From the sequence record NC_055733.1: DNA of 64,000 bases; one strand, 5' to 3'. This document shows, in pieces, positions 1 through 11,237 of the stretch; position 1 is the stretch's first letter, and each line of letters starts with the position of its first letter. The position numbers and the translations under genes were made by a program. Under the pieces are notes generated by a model. The model saw only the letters and a program-made list of their open reading frames with translations. It had not been told where the DNA came from and searched no databases.

Positions 1-82
1 TGTTAGAATGTATGTCAAGAACATCGGTTCGACTGCAATTGACGTTACCGTTAAAGCAATCGAATCCATTGGGGGTCAATAA
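1..82 (+). CDS. 9: 3' end of baseplate wedge/long-tail-fibre connector gp9 (partial)
   Basis: Open frame VRMYVKNIGSTAIDVTVKAIESIGGQ* whose TAA overlaps the g10 ATG; assigned by T4 synteny. Confidence 0.6.
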   Translation, partial: VRMYVKNIGSTAIDVTVKAIESIGGQ

Positions 83-2238
83 TGAGTAAACAATCTATTA
101 TCATCGGTAACGCAGTTGATGACGGCACCGGTGATTACATGCGTCGTGGTGGACAGAAGATTAACGACAACTTCACTGAACTATATAGTGAATTGGGCGA
201 CGGTTCTGTTCCTCACGCTGCTGGCGCGTGGAAGCGTTATTCTACAGTCGGCACACCGCTTAATGTTGTGTTCGGTAAAGCATACACAATCGACACAACC
301 GGCGGACAAATCACAGTTAACTTGCCTGCTGGTAAGCCATCCGATTACGGTAAAGTAATTCGTCTTCGCGATGTTAACGGCTCTTGGGCAACTAACCCAG
401 TTAACTTAGTTCCGGGTGGTACCGATACCGTTAAAGGAACAACTAAGAAACACAAGCTTTGGAAGAACTATCTTGACGCCGAACTGGTATATTGCAGTCC
501 TGGTAAATGGGAATATGCAGATAACAAGCGGGTGAACGGAATTAGTACCGCAAACGGTGCCACTGTTGCAAGAAAGGAATTTATTGCGGTAGAAGGCCAA
601 ACTGATTTCATTAATATTTTCGAATCCAGTTATAACCCAGCTGCGGTAGAAGTTTATCGTCGCGGTAACTTGCTCTATTACGGAGATCGCATTTCCGAGA
701 ATACTGACTACGGATCAATGACAGCAAAAACTCCTGTTGTTAGTGATGTGACTATTACAGGTGGCAAGAAAAATGATACTGTTGGCTATTCTCAGGGTGT
801 GGTTGGAACAATCAACGCAACAAAAAATAAAGTTGAAGGACTTGTTATTGTTGATTTTCGTGGAGAAGTGTCAACAAATACCGTTATCATGCAATTTGCA
901 AACGGCGCTAAGCCGATGGACGCAAACGTAATTTACGTTCAAAACGGAACTTCTGGACCATGGTTCTTACAATATGATTCAAGTCGTACCGCATATATTG
1001 GTGTTTATCCAGATCTGATTACAAAGCTAACATCTACCGAGAGTCAGACATATAAGGTATCGGTATATAAACTGAATACACTTGACGGATTTTCTATTCG
1101 TTTATCAGAGCCATGTTTTGCGGGTGACGTTGTTACCGTTGTGACTTATCTCGATGGAATTGCGTCATATCGTAGCTCATATCAACGTTATACTCTTAGA
1201 GTGTATGACGAAAAACTTACAACCGCTGACATTAAGACTGTTCCGGGACAGCGTTGGGTAGGAGATCTGAGTAAGAAAGCTAGATTCAGTTTAAACGACT
1301 TTGACCTGCTGGAGAACGAGACTTATAACCCGTTTAGTATGGAGATACTTGTAAACGGTAGATCTCTTACCAGAGCAGGAGAGGGAGATTTGCCTGCGTT
1401 TATTTGTGAGGGCGCAAATGCGAATGACGAAACATCTTGTATCGCACTTGGTGGTGCGTGGGTACCATCTGGTGGTGATTTCTCTACAGTAACGGATTTG
1501 AATGATCGTTATCGTGAGTTTGTTATCAACCAACCACTAAATCACAAAGATATCATTACTATTCGCTGGTATAATAACGATATCGGGACAACGCTTGATT
1601 GGGAAGGCGACGGTGGAATCAAAGAATTGGCAGATGCTCGATTCCTAGTTTCCGATAGAACGTTCAATCGAAATAGCAAAATTATGTACACCGATACAAA
1701 TAATCCCAATGCATCAACTGCTGTAGCAGATCCAGAAACGGAAGATGCAATTAGATTTACAAGTGTAGATAGTTTACTTGAGTCGATTTATCCTGTTGGG
1801 TCAATTTATATCAACGCACACAACCCAAATAATCCAAAGTCATATATGGGATTTGGAGAATGGCGTAGATTTGGACAAGGTAGAGTTCCAGTTTCGTGGA
1901 ACGAAGATAATCCGAATGACCCGAATTTTGGATTGAATACCAATGATAAAGACGTCAACGGAAACCCAAGACATTCTGCTGGTAATACCGGAGGTGCGGT
2001 AACAAACACACTTGGTATCACCAATATTCCTCCTGTAACATCAAGCGAGAAAGCTTTGATTGTTGATCCTGCTGGTGATGTTCTTGTTGGCGGTTGTCAA
2101 TTTGACCCAGACGATCATGGTCCCGGGTTTAAGAGATATCGAGAAGACTTGGTGAAAGCGCGTCCGAGTGAGATTGCGTTGCCAGTTAATAATCTACAAC
2201 CGTTTATTACGGTTCATATGTGGCTAAGGGTTCTATAA
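82..2238 (+). CDS. 10: Baseplate wedge subunit gp10
   Basis: N-terminus KQSIIIGNAVDDGTGDYMRRGGQKINDNF and C-terminal IYPVGSIY...QPFITVHMWLRV are gp10-like; 718 aa. Confidence 0.93.
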   Translation: MSKQSIIIGNAVDDGTGDYMRRGGQKINDNFTELYSELGDGSVPHAAGAWKRYSTVGTPLNVVFGKAYTIDTTGGQITVNLPAGKPSDYGKVIRLRDVNGSWATNPVNLVPGGTDTVKGTTKKHKLWKNYLDAELVYCSPGKWEYADNKRVNGISTANGATVARKEFIAVEGQTDFINIFESSYNPAAVEVYRRGNLLYYGDRISENTDYGSMTAKTPVVSDVTITGGKKNDTVGYSQGVVGTINATKNKVEGLVIVDFRGEVSTNTVIMQFANGAKPMDANVIYVQNGTSGPWFLQYDSSRTAYIGVYPDLITKLTSTESQTYKVSVYKLNTLDGFSIRLSEPCFAGDVVTVVTYLDGIASYRSSYQRYTLRVYDEKLTTADIKTVPGQRWVGDLSKKARFSLNDFDLLENETYNPFSMEILVNGRSLTRAGEGDLPAFICEGANANDETSCIALGGAWVPSGGDFSTVTDLNDRYREFVINQPLNHKDIITIRWYNNDIGTTLDWEGDGGIKELADARFLVSDRTFNRNSKIMYTDTNNPNASTAVADPETEDAIRFTSVDSLLESIYPVGSIYINAHNPNNPKSYMGFGEWRRFGQGRVPVSWNEDNPNDPNFGLNTNDKDVNGNPRHSAGNTGGAVTNTLGITNIPPVTSSEKALIVDPAGDVLVGGCQFDPDDHGPGFKRYREDLVKARPSEIALPVNNLQPFITVHMWLRVL

Positions 2239-3213
2239 ATGATCAATATCTATCAACAGCCGGTTGATATTACTTTTGCCTACGGATCAAGATTTTCATT
2301 TTCCGTTGGTGCGAACACTGATATCGACAACGGCTATGTAACATATCGCTGGGAGTGGACTGCTCCCAGCACAGCTAACTGGGCAGCAATTCAACATCCT
2401 TCTGCCACGTTAATGAGCGTCGTTATTCTTCCTTCTATGGGAACAGTATATAACACAAATGATTTTCGTTGTGTTATTACCGAATACGATAATCTGGGAG
2501 TTAAAAAATCTGAGTTAATAACTTCTATTGTCAAAGGTATCAAGTTTGAAGGAAGAACATCGGTAGCAAAAACAAAAACTTCCGACGCCGTTCTTATTAG
2601 ATCTCGTCTAGCTAGACATTCCGAGTTTGAACTTCATCCGTCCCTAGATAATACGTTTCTGAGTGATAATATTGGCCTTGCTACATTACAAGACGCAGAA
2701 GACAATATTACGCATCCGAACGTTCAATCCGCAATTGTTGATTTGGCAGACGGTATGACTTTGCCTGTTGGTTCAGTTATTATCGAAAGAAAGAACGATG
2801 ATCCTAGCGGAAAAGCACAACAAACGGTATTACAGTTTGACGGAATCATTGCTTCTCCTGTTGCCGACGTCGATGTTGTCTTGAACGTATTCGGACGTAG
2901 AGTTGTGATTGCGGATAAGAGTATTGCAGCACAGGTAAAAGATCAAGTTTTGACGATTCTTGCGGATTTTGAAAACGCTGGACTTTATGTTAAGAACGTC
3001 AGTTCTGTTTCGGCAACTTCTATTTCGTTTGAGCATAGAGATCATAAAAATCATGTTCCTCCTGCTTGGACTCAATACGGAGTTACTATGACTGGTCTAG
3101 TTGCGTCTCCTGCTGCTAAGGGTTATGGACAGTGGCAAAAATTTGCAGAAACTAACATTACTGGATTAGATGCTGCGGTATCTAAACTTTATTACTGGGA
3201 GAGAATTTCGTGA
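2239..3213 (+). CDS. 11: Baseplate wedge/short-tail-fibre connector gp11 with an Ig-like N-terminal extension
   Basis: SRLARHSEF...NVQSAI...GKGYGQW-type core plus synteny; the first ~100 aa look Ig-like (QQPVDIT..YRWEW..FRCVI). Confidence 0.85.
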   Translation: MINIYQQPVDITFAYGSRFSFSVGANTDIDNGYVTYRWEWTAPSTANWAAIQHPSATLMSVVILPSMGTVYNTNDFRCVITEYDNLGVKKSELITSIVKGIKFEGRTSVAKTKTSDAVLIRSRLARHSEFELHPSLDNTFLSDNIGLATLQDAEDNITHPNVQSAIVDLADGMTLPVGSVIIERKNDDPSGKAQQTVLQFDGIIASPVADVDVVLNVFGRRVVIADKSIAAQVKDQVLTILADFENAGLYVKNVSSVSATSISFEHRDHKNHVPPAWTQYGVTMTGLVASPAAKGYGQWQKFAETNITGLDAAVSKLYYWERIS

Positions 3214-4519
3214 GAACAAATAATATTACACAGCATATTAGTTCTAAAGCGGGGTCGGTTGTATTCGACCCCACAAAAGCTCCGGCATTCGATAATACAA
3301 TTACCGATTTGCAAAAGCTGGGAGAAAAAATCGACGCTCACGCCACGAAGCTTTGCCTGTTGCTAGTGAAACAGTATCCGGTATTGCCGAATTGGCCACC
3401 GTTGACGAAGTATTGCTTGGAAACGACAAAACAAGATTAGTTACTCCTTTTACTTTGCAACAAAAATGGGCTCGTCCAAATGCAAGTGATACGGTTTATG
3501 GACTTGTTCGTTATGCCACTGTAGCTGAGAGAGAAGAAGCTGCTGCTAAGGTTGATATAACTGTAAACACAAGTGCATTGTGGGACGTTGTGCGCAACAA
3601 GGCAACATCTTCTGAATCTAAGCGTGGGTCTGTTAGTCTTTCAACTCTGGTAGCTGCCAAAGCAGGCGTAGACGACACCACCGCGATGACACCAGCTAAA
3701 GTAAAAGCAGCAATCGATACATTTGCAGTGACAAGTATTTCTGGTGCAACCGAAACAGTTGCAGGTACAGTAAAAAATAGTCCTGCTCTGGTAACAAACG
3801 CGGCATTACACACGGGATTCGCAGTTACTCCGAAGGGATTTATTGAGACTAGAGCTGCACAGAATCGCGTTGGAACAGTTCGTATGGCAACCCAAGCGGA
3901 AGCTAATGCTAGAACGGCTACCGACTTGGCAATCAGTCCAGCGACTCTTCCAATCGCGTCTGATACACAATACGGCATTACTGCCCTTTTGCACAACGCG
4001 CAATCTGGTGTTACTAACAAAGCGTTAAGCGCACACGGCGCAACTCTGTTTATTAACAGAAACGGCGATCAGATGACAGGAGATCTAACTGTTCGTGGAT
4101 TATTCACGCTTTCTCCACAGGGTGGTTCATCAAACTCATTTACACGAAAAGATTACGTGGACGGCTTAATTAATTCTCGCTCACCAAACGGCCACCAACA
4201 CGGTACTCCACGAGAAGTATGGACACATTTGTGGCAAGGACCATTAGATCGCGGAAACTTCGCAATCAATCAGCCGTGGTGGAACTTTGATGCTCTTGTT
4301 ATTGAAGGCTCCCGCGACGGTGGCCATGTATTCTTTACTCGTGAAGTGAGTCGCTGGCAAATAGAACAGATGCAAAACAAATATCCTAACTGGGATCTGG
4401 TAGCTAATGAAGCTTATTATTGGTACGGTAAGTTCGGTGGTGACGGTCGCACATTTTATGTGACCACAGAAAACTGTTATTTGTGGAACATCTACGGTAT
4501 TAAAAAATACTGGTCTTAA
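3210..4519 (+). CDS. 12: Short tail fibre gp12 (split by a 1-nt deletion near 3348)
   Basis: MRTNNITQHIS start and ASETVSGIAELAT repeats; adding one A at 3348 gives HATKALPVASE and joins ORFs 3210 and 3353. Confidence 0.88.
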
Positions 4520-4520
4520 T

Positions 4521-4528
4521 ACTAAATA
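4521..4528 (+). promoter_or_regulatory. T4-type late promoter (ACTAAATA) upstream of wac
   Basis: NNTAAATA motif. Similar motifs at ~12784, 18112, 18679, 21578, 22414, 24140 (TATAAATA), 31513 and 36126, each just upstream of a late gene. Confidence 0.7.
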
Positions 4529-4562
4529 ACAGTATTAGCAAAATAACTTATAAGGGTGAATA

Positions 4563-7500
4563 ATGGCTATCGAAAAACCAACACAGTCACAATTGCCATT
4601 TGTTGACGGCGTTCCTGCCGTTGGACAGACTCGCATCGACTGGATTCAAAACGGTGAATATACCGACGGAGCTGTTAGCGCCACTGATAACGGTGGCGCC
4701 CTTAACAGAGCTTCGGTTAAGGTGCAGAAAAACGTTAACGCTATTAACGTTGAATTGAATAAAACAAAAGACTCGTTGAGCAAAGTTATCGATTTGGCAG
4801 AAACCCATGATCGCATTCTGAATGCACAGGGAGACGGAACAAACCTATATGATCGAATGACTGCGGTAGAAACCGTCAACAAGACACAACAAGATATATT
4901 GAAACGAATTGAAGACGATGAAATCGAGCATGTTGCAAAGACGGAAGCAATCAACAAGCGTATTACCGACACAGTTGACCCGCAAATCGTTAATATCAAG
5001 AAGATGCTTGGCAACTACAAGGGATTCGATCAGGACGGTAATCCGGATGTAAATGCTCCTGGTTTGGGGGTAAAGGGTCAAGTTGAGCGCAACTGGGAGA
5101 GTTCCGTACAGCACGAAAACAGAATTAAAAGCTTAGAGAGTTTCTGGCAAGGAGATACTCCCGATATTCTCATTCGTAACGTTCGTGATATTCGTTCTGA
5201 AATCGGTCCTTCTTCCGATAAAACGGATAAGACCCTATATCAGAGAATGAAATCATCGGAGGATCATGTAGCAGAAGCGAACAAACATCTTGATGATATT
5301 GATCTTTCAACCGGTAAGATTGAGTTTCCGATTAAATATGTGAATCAAGCCGGAACAGAAATCACAGTAAACAACATTTGGGAATATACCAAACTCGTTC
5401 GTGGTGACGTTGGCGCAAATCAGAATCTCTTGAACACAACCGTTAATACGGTAACAAAACACACTACCGATATCAAAACACTACAAGATTTTGATGTTAG
5501 TTCGGATCAGCGTCTTGATGCACTGGAATCTATTGTTGGTGTTCAGCCTACTGACGGATTGCGTGGTGATGTTCGCGCTCTTGATTTGAGAGAAGCGAAT
5601 AACGCAAGTCGATTGGAAGGAATGGTAAAAACGGTAACGGATCTCGTTAACTTGGAGACAACTCCGGCAGTTAGAGATCTACAGGAAGACGTCGCTAAAC
5701 TTAATCCAGACGTTTACGGAACTGGAGTAGATACTGATTCTGATATTGTTAAGCTTGGTATCAAAACAACTAACCAGCGTATGTATACCGAAATGTACAC
5801 TCCGTTTAAAACCGGTAGTGGATTTATTTTGGATACTTCCGATCAAAACATAGATGCGTCGTTTGTTCGTCGTTATATCAACAATAAATGGGAATGGAGA
5901 AATCTGTTTGACAGCGATCTTGTTATCGGATCAAATCGTTCACTGAGAAACTTTGACGGACAATCCGCTGTATCGTTCAATTTGAGACCTGGACTTGCTC
6001 CTGTTACAATTTTCGGCCAAGAAAACTCCGAGATTGAAATCAAAGGAACAGTATTGAATGAGATTGATATTCCTGGTGTTAAATTCAAAACACAAGAAGT
6101 CATTAAGTTTGGTGATGTTCGGCACATTATTGGAAACAATAAACCAATTGAGTTCAAAATCGATACCGGTAGTTCGCTCGTAGTTAGATTTGGTACAAAC
6201 GTTGGCACAGTAATCCATTCTTTGAACTTGAAGGATTATGTTGCTGATATTGATCCTAGAACTGGATTCAGGCTGAATCGTGATGTTGGTATTACTGCTG
6301 ATACAACTCTTGGGAACAAGAATGTTATCAAGTCGGGATTCCTGAACAAAACTGTTACCGTTTCCGACGAAGGTATGTTGACTGAGTTTGCTGGCGAAGT
6401 TTCTAAAATTCGTTTGGCAATTGGCGCAAACTATACCGGTTATACTGATGCGAACGTTCTTATTAATGAAGTCGGTGCTTCTGTATTTGCTACAAAAGAT
6501 TATGTTGAAGTTGGTGACACTAAAGCAAGTCCAGCACTAAGAACATTCGGCGACGATCTTCGTTCCGTTAAAGTCGTTGCTGGTTCAGCGAACACACTGT
6601 ATACAGTGTGGCACGACGGATTAGACGCTCCAAAGGACGGTGCATTCTACGCACGCAAAGACGGAGCATGGACAGCATTTAACCCAGGTGGAAACGGACA
6701 GGGACTGGCTGATGACGCTCCAAATAACGGATTGCCTCACGTTCGAGTAACAACAAACGGTAATTCTGTTTGGGAAGCGTTGGGTTCAAAAAATATCAAT
6801 CTGAGTCCGAACGTTGCAATTAATTTCAATACAACGGATCATGGATTGGTATCTGCATTTGCTCCGCTCGCAACTGGTGCTATTAGCATTGGATACGACA
6901 ACAGCAAATCTCCGATTACATTCAAAGGTAGAGTTCAGAGCTTTACAATGGGCAATGAGCAAGCATTGTTGGGACTGACTACTTCCGATGAAATTCGTAC
7001 AATCGTTAAAGTTGACTTTGAAAACAATATTGTTCTTGGTGATGAAACACCGCAGTTTATTTCGGTAAACAGCCGCTTGTTGATTTCAATAACAGATCTT
7101 ACAAAGTATGGCATGACGGTATCGATGCACCTAGCGATCAAAAATACTATGCACGTCGTAACGGCAACTGGACAGAAGTGTTCAACGGTATTGACCCAAA
7201 TGCCGATGTAAATACTTCAGGAGCGTACAAGTCTAAGAACGTAAATATTGGCTTCACCGAACAGGTTGGTGCTGATTATCTTGTTCATATTGGACAAAAC
7301 AATCAATATACCAAGATTGAGGGTAAAGTGATGGATATTCAATTGGCACAGCCAGTTGATAACTCATTTACTTCCGTTAAAGGTATGCTGAAAGGCGCAG
7401 AAATCAACGTAATTGCGGTAAAAGATAACGTCGCCGGAAATAGTCAAGTTGTTGTTGGTGATACGAACGTTGAATTACAAATGAATTGTATCAACGCATA

Positions 7501-7669
7501 TGTGAACGGAAACGCGGTAATCACTTCCGCATTTGATGTTCCTAGCAACGACATCCGTTATTCTCGTAGAAACGGTCAGTGGGTACAGAGTTACTATTAT
7601 GGTGACTTTGCTACAAACGCACCGGCTAATCCAACAGAAGGTGACGTATTCTTTGAGTTCGTAAACTAA
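4563..7669 (+). CDS. wac: Fibritin (whisker/collar), ~1035 aa, split by a 1-nt deletion near 7067
   Basis: N-terminal LPFVDGVP...RIDWIQNGE...GALNRA, long coiled coil, foldon-like motifs; adding one A joins ORFs 4563 and 7178. Confidence 0.88.
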
Positions 7670-7679
7670 GGAACTAAAG

Positions 7680-9251
7680 ATGCCAATTAGAATTGCTGAT
7701 CAAAATGGGGTGCTGCATAATGCAGCCCCCAAAATTTATAACGGATATTGGAGAAATGCCGTTGCTTGGGTTTATTCTGGTGGAGCATGGCGTAGAACTT
7801 ATGATCCAAAAGATGAAAACTTGCTAATCAATAGTCGTTTATTGAACGGAACAGATTATTTCACGTATGCGGACGGAAGAGTAATCGGATTTACACCACC
7901 GGGCTGGAGCGCATTTTCTAATGTACCTCAGGTTAGAGGAAATTCGTATGCATTCTATTCGAATCGCGAGGACGAATATAGCCGAGCGTATACATTCAAA
8001 GCAGCAACGAGCCGAATGTTCTTTAGAACTAGAATTTATCTTAAAGCCGGTGAAACGTATAACGCAAGTGCTTTTGTTCATTCTATTAATCTTCAAGTAG
8101 GAAGAAAGTCATTTGATATCTACGTTGACGGAGTTTCATCTGACAAACAGAAAGAATATATTCAGTTCGTTACGCAGTTTCCTACTGTTCCTGAATTGAA
8201 AGCAGGTATGAGAGTGCAATCAACTTTCAAAGCATTAAAAGATTGTTTGGTGCAGTTTAATATCGGCGTTGGAGTTGATTACAACGACAGTGGAGAAATC
8301 CAAGTTAGTCAGCCCATGGTAACTAAGTCGAGTGTTATGCTTGCTTACCAGCCTACTCCAGTTGATGCCAACTACAATGCGATTATCATGAAAGACACAT
8401 ACATGAAGCTGAATAAAACGCTTCCTCCAATCGCAGGAACAAATCATTTGGAGTCTAGTGTTCAGTTGCTTGATGATGTATCAGATCGCATAATGATCAT
8501 TGGATATAATAACGATATTTCGACCTCCGGAATCGGAGTTGATATCGTTAAAAATACGCTGTTTGTTATGGCAGAAAACGTTATTACACATGAAGTACCT
8601 ATTATAACTCCTATTCCGAAGAATCTGGTATTTGGTGCAGGAATCTGGTATGATGTTTCTGGTGGATACATTAGAAATATTAGATTACACGCAAACGGAG
8701 ATTTAATAGCTAGAATTCCAGACACAACTTCGGTTGTTGCTGCTACTAATTTTGTGTTCGGTAGTAAGCAGTACCCTATTAAAGGAGTCATAGTTGAGCA
8801 ATTTGGTATGTTCGTAAACGGAAGAAACCATATTTTCAACATCGAAGAAGGAACGGGAAATATTTCGAGTGAAACTCCTAGTCCTGATATGTTGACTGTT
8901 GATTTTGGGTCAGACGATACGAAATACGAGTGGCTCGGCGCATTGCTACCTAAGATTACAGTTCAACCTGATTCTGAATATATCGGAACATCTGGTATGA
9001 CGGTAGAGCTTAAATCATCCGGAAGCAATTACGACACAATAGAATGGAGAACTCAATACGGAGCAATCGAGAATTCGAACTCGAATAATCTAAGTGTTAT
9101 TGTTTCTGATACTTATGATTATAGTCTTGTTTATCAAGCAGTTTATAAGAATCGATTCGGAAGTGTGAGTACAATAAAAACAAAAATCTCCGAGTTCCCT
9201 ACTCCTAGACGATTGATCCAGGACGAAAAAGGGAGATCGGTTGGGTACTGA
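7680..9251 (+). CDS. Putative virion adhesin/fibre appendage (beta-rich, C-terminal Ig-like segment)
   Basis: 523 aa, good RBS, lies between wac and g13; KITVQP..VELK..IEWR..VYQAVYKN..GSV pattern. Confidence 0.6.
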   Translation: MPIRIADQNGVLHNAAPKIYNGYWRNAVAWVYSGGAWRRTYDPKDENLLINSRLLNGTDYFTYADGRVIGFTPPGWSAFSNVPQVRGNSYAFYSNREDEYSRAYTFKAATSRMFFRTRIYLKAGETYNASAFVHSINLQVGRKSFDIYVDGVSSDKQKEYIQFVTQFPTVPELKAGMRVQSTFKALKDCLVQFNIGVGVDYNDSGEIQVSQPMVTKSSVMLAYQPTPVDANYNAIIMKDTYMKLNKTLPPIAGTNHLESSVQLLDDVSDRIMIIGYNNDISTSGIGVDIVKNTLFVMAENVITHEVPIITPIPKNLVFGAGIWYDVSGGYIRNIRLHANGDLIARIPDTTSVVAATNFVFGSKQYPIKGVIVEQFGMFVNGRNHIFNIEEGTGNISSETPSPDMLTVDFGSDDTKYEWLGALLPKITVQPDSEYIGTSGMTVELKSSGSNYDTIEWRTQYGAIENSNSNNLSVIVSDTYDYSLVYQAVYKNRFGSVSTIKTKISEFPTPRRLIQDEKGRSVGY

Positions 9252-9294
9252 GGACGATAAGTTAATCGAAACCCAAAAGCCCTAAGGAGGCTAT

Positions 9295-9899
9295 ATGCCC
9301 ACAATTAAAATTTCCGACCTACCCAAAGTCGATGAATATGTTGGAAACGAGTTCGGGCAAGTAATACAGAACGGCAGCAATAAGAAAGCCGTTCTATTGT
9401 TTGCCGACTCAAACAACAAAATTGTTATTCCCAGTGGATTTACAGTTCACACAGAAACAAATGACGGAGTAAAAACGTTATAGAGTTAACGCAAGACGGT
9501 AAATCTTTCTATCTTGGACCAAAAAGTGTTAAGCCGGTGATTGAAGCAGATGTATCTGGTATGGTAGTGAAAAACATTACCGTTCCGAACAACATCGGCT
9601 ATAATGCACTTAGCACAGAAGGCGAAAGAAAGAGTCTTATTAAACTTGGGAGTGACAACAAGGTAACTATCGGAGACGATAAAGCCTCATTGACTTTGAT
9701 CCAGGGATCCAATCATGAAATAACCGTTAGACGCGAAAGTTTGCCGGGAAATAATGATTGGTCGGATTATCGTTTGATCGACACGGGATTGTTTAAGGAT
9801 TATTTCGTCATACACATGAATTCAGTGTATACCTATGGTACCGCTGATCCAAATGACAACGACGGATATCCAGACGGACACCTATACATCAAATATTAA
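9295..9899 (+). CDS. Putative small fibre-like virion protein (split by a 1-nt deletion near 9473)
   Basis: Adding one A gives GVKNVIELTQDG and joins ORFs 9295 and 9537; ends YGTADPNDNDGYPDGHLYIKY. Confidence 0.6.
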
Positions 9900-10092
9900 T
9901 CGAACGGCGAGTTTCCCCGCCGTTATATGGAGGGAAGATTTTTGTTTATCCAAGATAAATAACACAAATACGCCTTGTGAAGTGCGTCTCAAAATAAACG
10001 GACAATACAAGACAGGAACTGCATATATTAAAGTAAACGGCAAATACCAACCGGTAAACAGCCAAACAACAAACTTAAAGCTGAAAGGCTAA
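9835..10092 (+). CDS. Small putative fibre-tip/adaptor peptide, start uncertain
   Basis: C-terminal CEVRLKINGQYKTGTAYIKVNGKYQPV looks coding; the 5' end is unclear. Confidence 0.35.
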   Translation: MVPLIQMTTTDIQTDTYTSNINRTASFPAVIWREDFCLSKINNTNTPCEVRLKINGQYKTGTAYIKVNGKYQPVNSQTTNLKLKG

Positions 10093-10101
10093 GGATTAAA
10101 A

Positions 10102-10299
10102 ATGCAAGCAATTATTTTGTTTATGCTCAAGCGAGTTGGCACCGAAGTGCTGTTGCAGATGCTAAAGCAGTTAGTAAAGATTCTGGAAAAGCGCATCGAT
10201 AATAACTTTGGCTCAGAAGACGTTGACGCAATTGAAAAACGTGTTGAAGTTGCTAAAGATCCATTTGCCTCGCCAATTGCGCACCCAGGAAAAGAATAA
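10102..10299 (+). CDS. Hypothetical 65-aa amphipathic protein
   Basis: AAGGA RBS, fills the gap before g13. Confidence 0.6.
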   Translation: MQAIILFMLKRVGTEVLLQMLKQLVKILEKRIDNNFGSEDVDAIEKRVEVAKDPFASPIAHPGKE

Positions 10300-10314
10300 A
10301 GGAGATTAGCCGAG

Positions 10315-11234
10315 ATGATGTCAAATAATTTTGTTAGGAACCCAAGAGAGCTTAAAGATCTTATTTTGAGACGTCTTGGCGCTCCCGTAATTCAAGTGGA
10401 AGTAACAGAGGATCATATCTATGATTGCATTGGACGCGCACTTGAATTGTACAAAGAATATCACCACGACGGCTTGAATAAAGCCTATCTGAGTGTTAAA
10501 CTGAATCAAGAACAAGCAGCAACCGGCTATATTGACATTTCTGCTTATCCAATTTTTGCAATCACAAAAATCATTCGTCACAAATCAACTCTATGGGGCG
10601 GATTAGGCGGTGGAGCTACGCTAAACTTTTTCACTGACTTTTTGACTACACTTGGTGGCGGTCCACAGGGCATTAGTTATCATGGTCCTTTCGGAGCACT
10701 TGGTAATATTGGATTCTTTGCACAATTCCAGAGCTATCAGAATTTAATGATGGATCAGCTTGACCCTCTTCCGGATTATTGGCTTGACCCAGTTAACGGT
10801 GTTGTTCAGCTAACAGGAAACTTTAGAGAGAACGATATTATTATCATGGAAGTTCATATTCAGAATTTTGTCGAACTCGAAAGATCTGTTCGTGGTATCG
10901 CTGGAGCTGGAATCGTCGCTGGCGGACCAACGTCCGCTGATAACAGAGACAAGTGGATGAACCCATACGCTAGAATGCCAGCAAACGTCGCTGGAAGAGC
11001 TAGGAGCGAATTCCCGGATCAGGGGGTATACAATGTTCGATGGGTGAAGGATTACGCTACAACGCTCACCAAAGAGATTTGGGGTGAAATATTAGCGAAA
11101 CATCAAGCATGGCATTGCCGGGTGGTGTTACTGTTGACGGCACAAGACTAATCGAAGAAGCCAGACAAGAAAAAGAAGTGTTGCGCCAAGAGCTTATGCT
11201 TTTGGAGGAGCCACTTCCCATTATTATGGGGTAA
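10315..11234 (+). CDS. 13: Neck protein gp13 (1-nt deletion near 11107)
   Basis: NPRELKDLILRRLGAPVIQVEVT; restoring a G gives [26 protein letters not shown]...IIMG*. Confidence 0.92.
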
Positions 11235-11237
11235 TTG

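Noticed and set aside
10102-10299. Holin
   Set aside because: The N-terminal helix is amphipathic with many charged residues, not a clear transmembrane segment.
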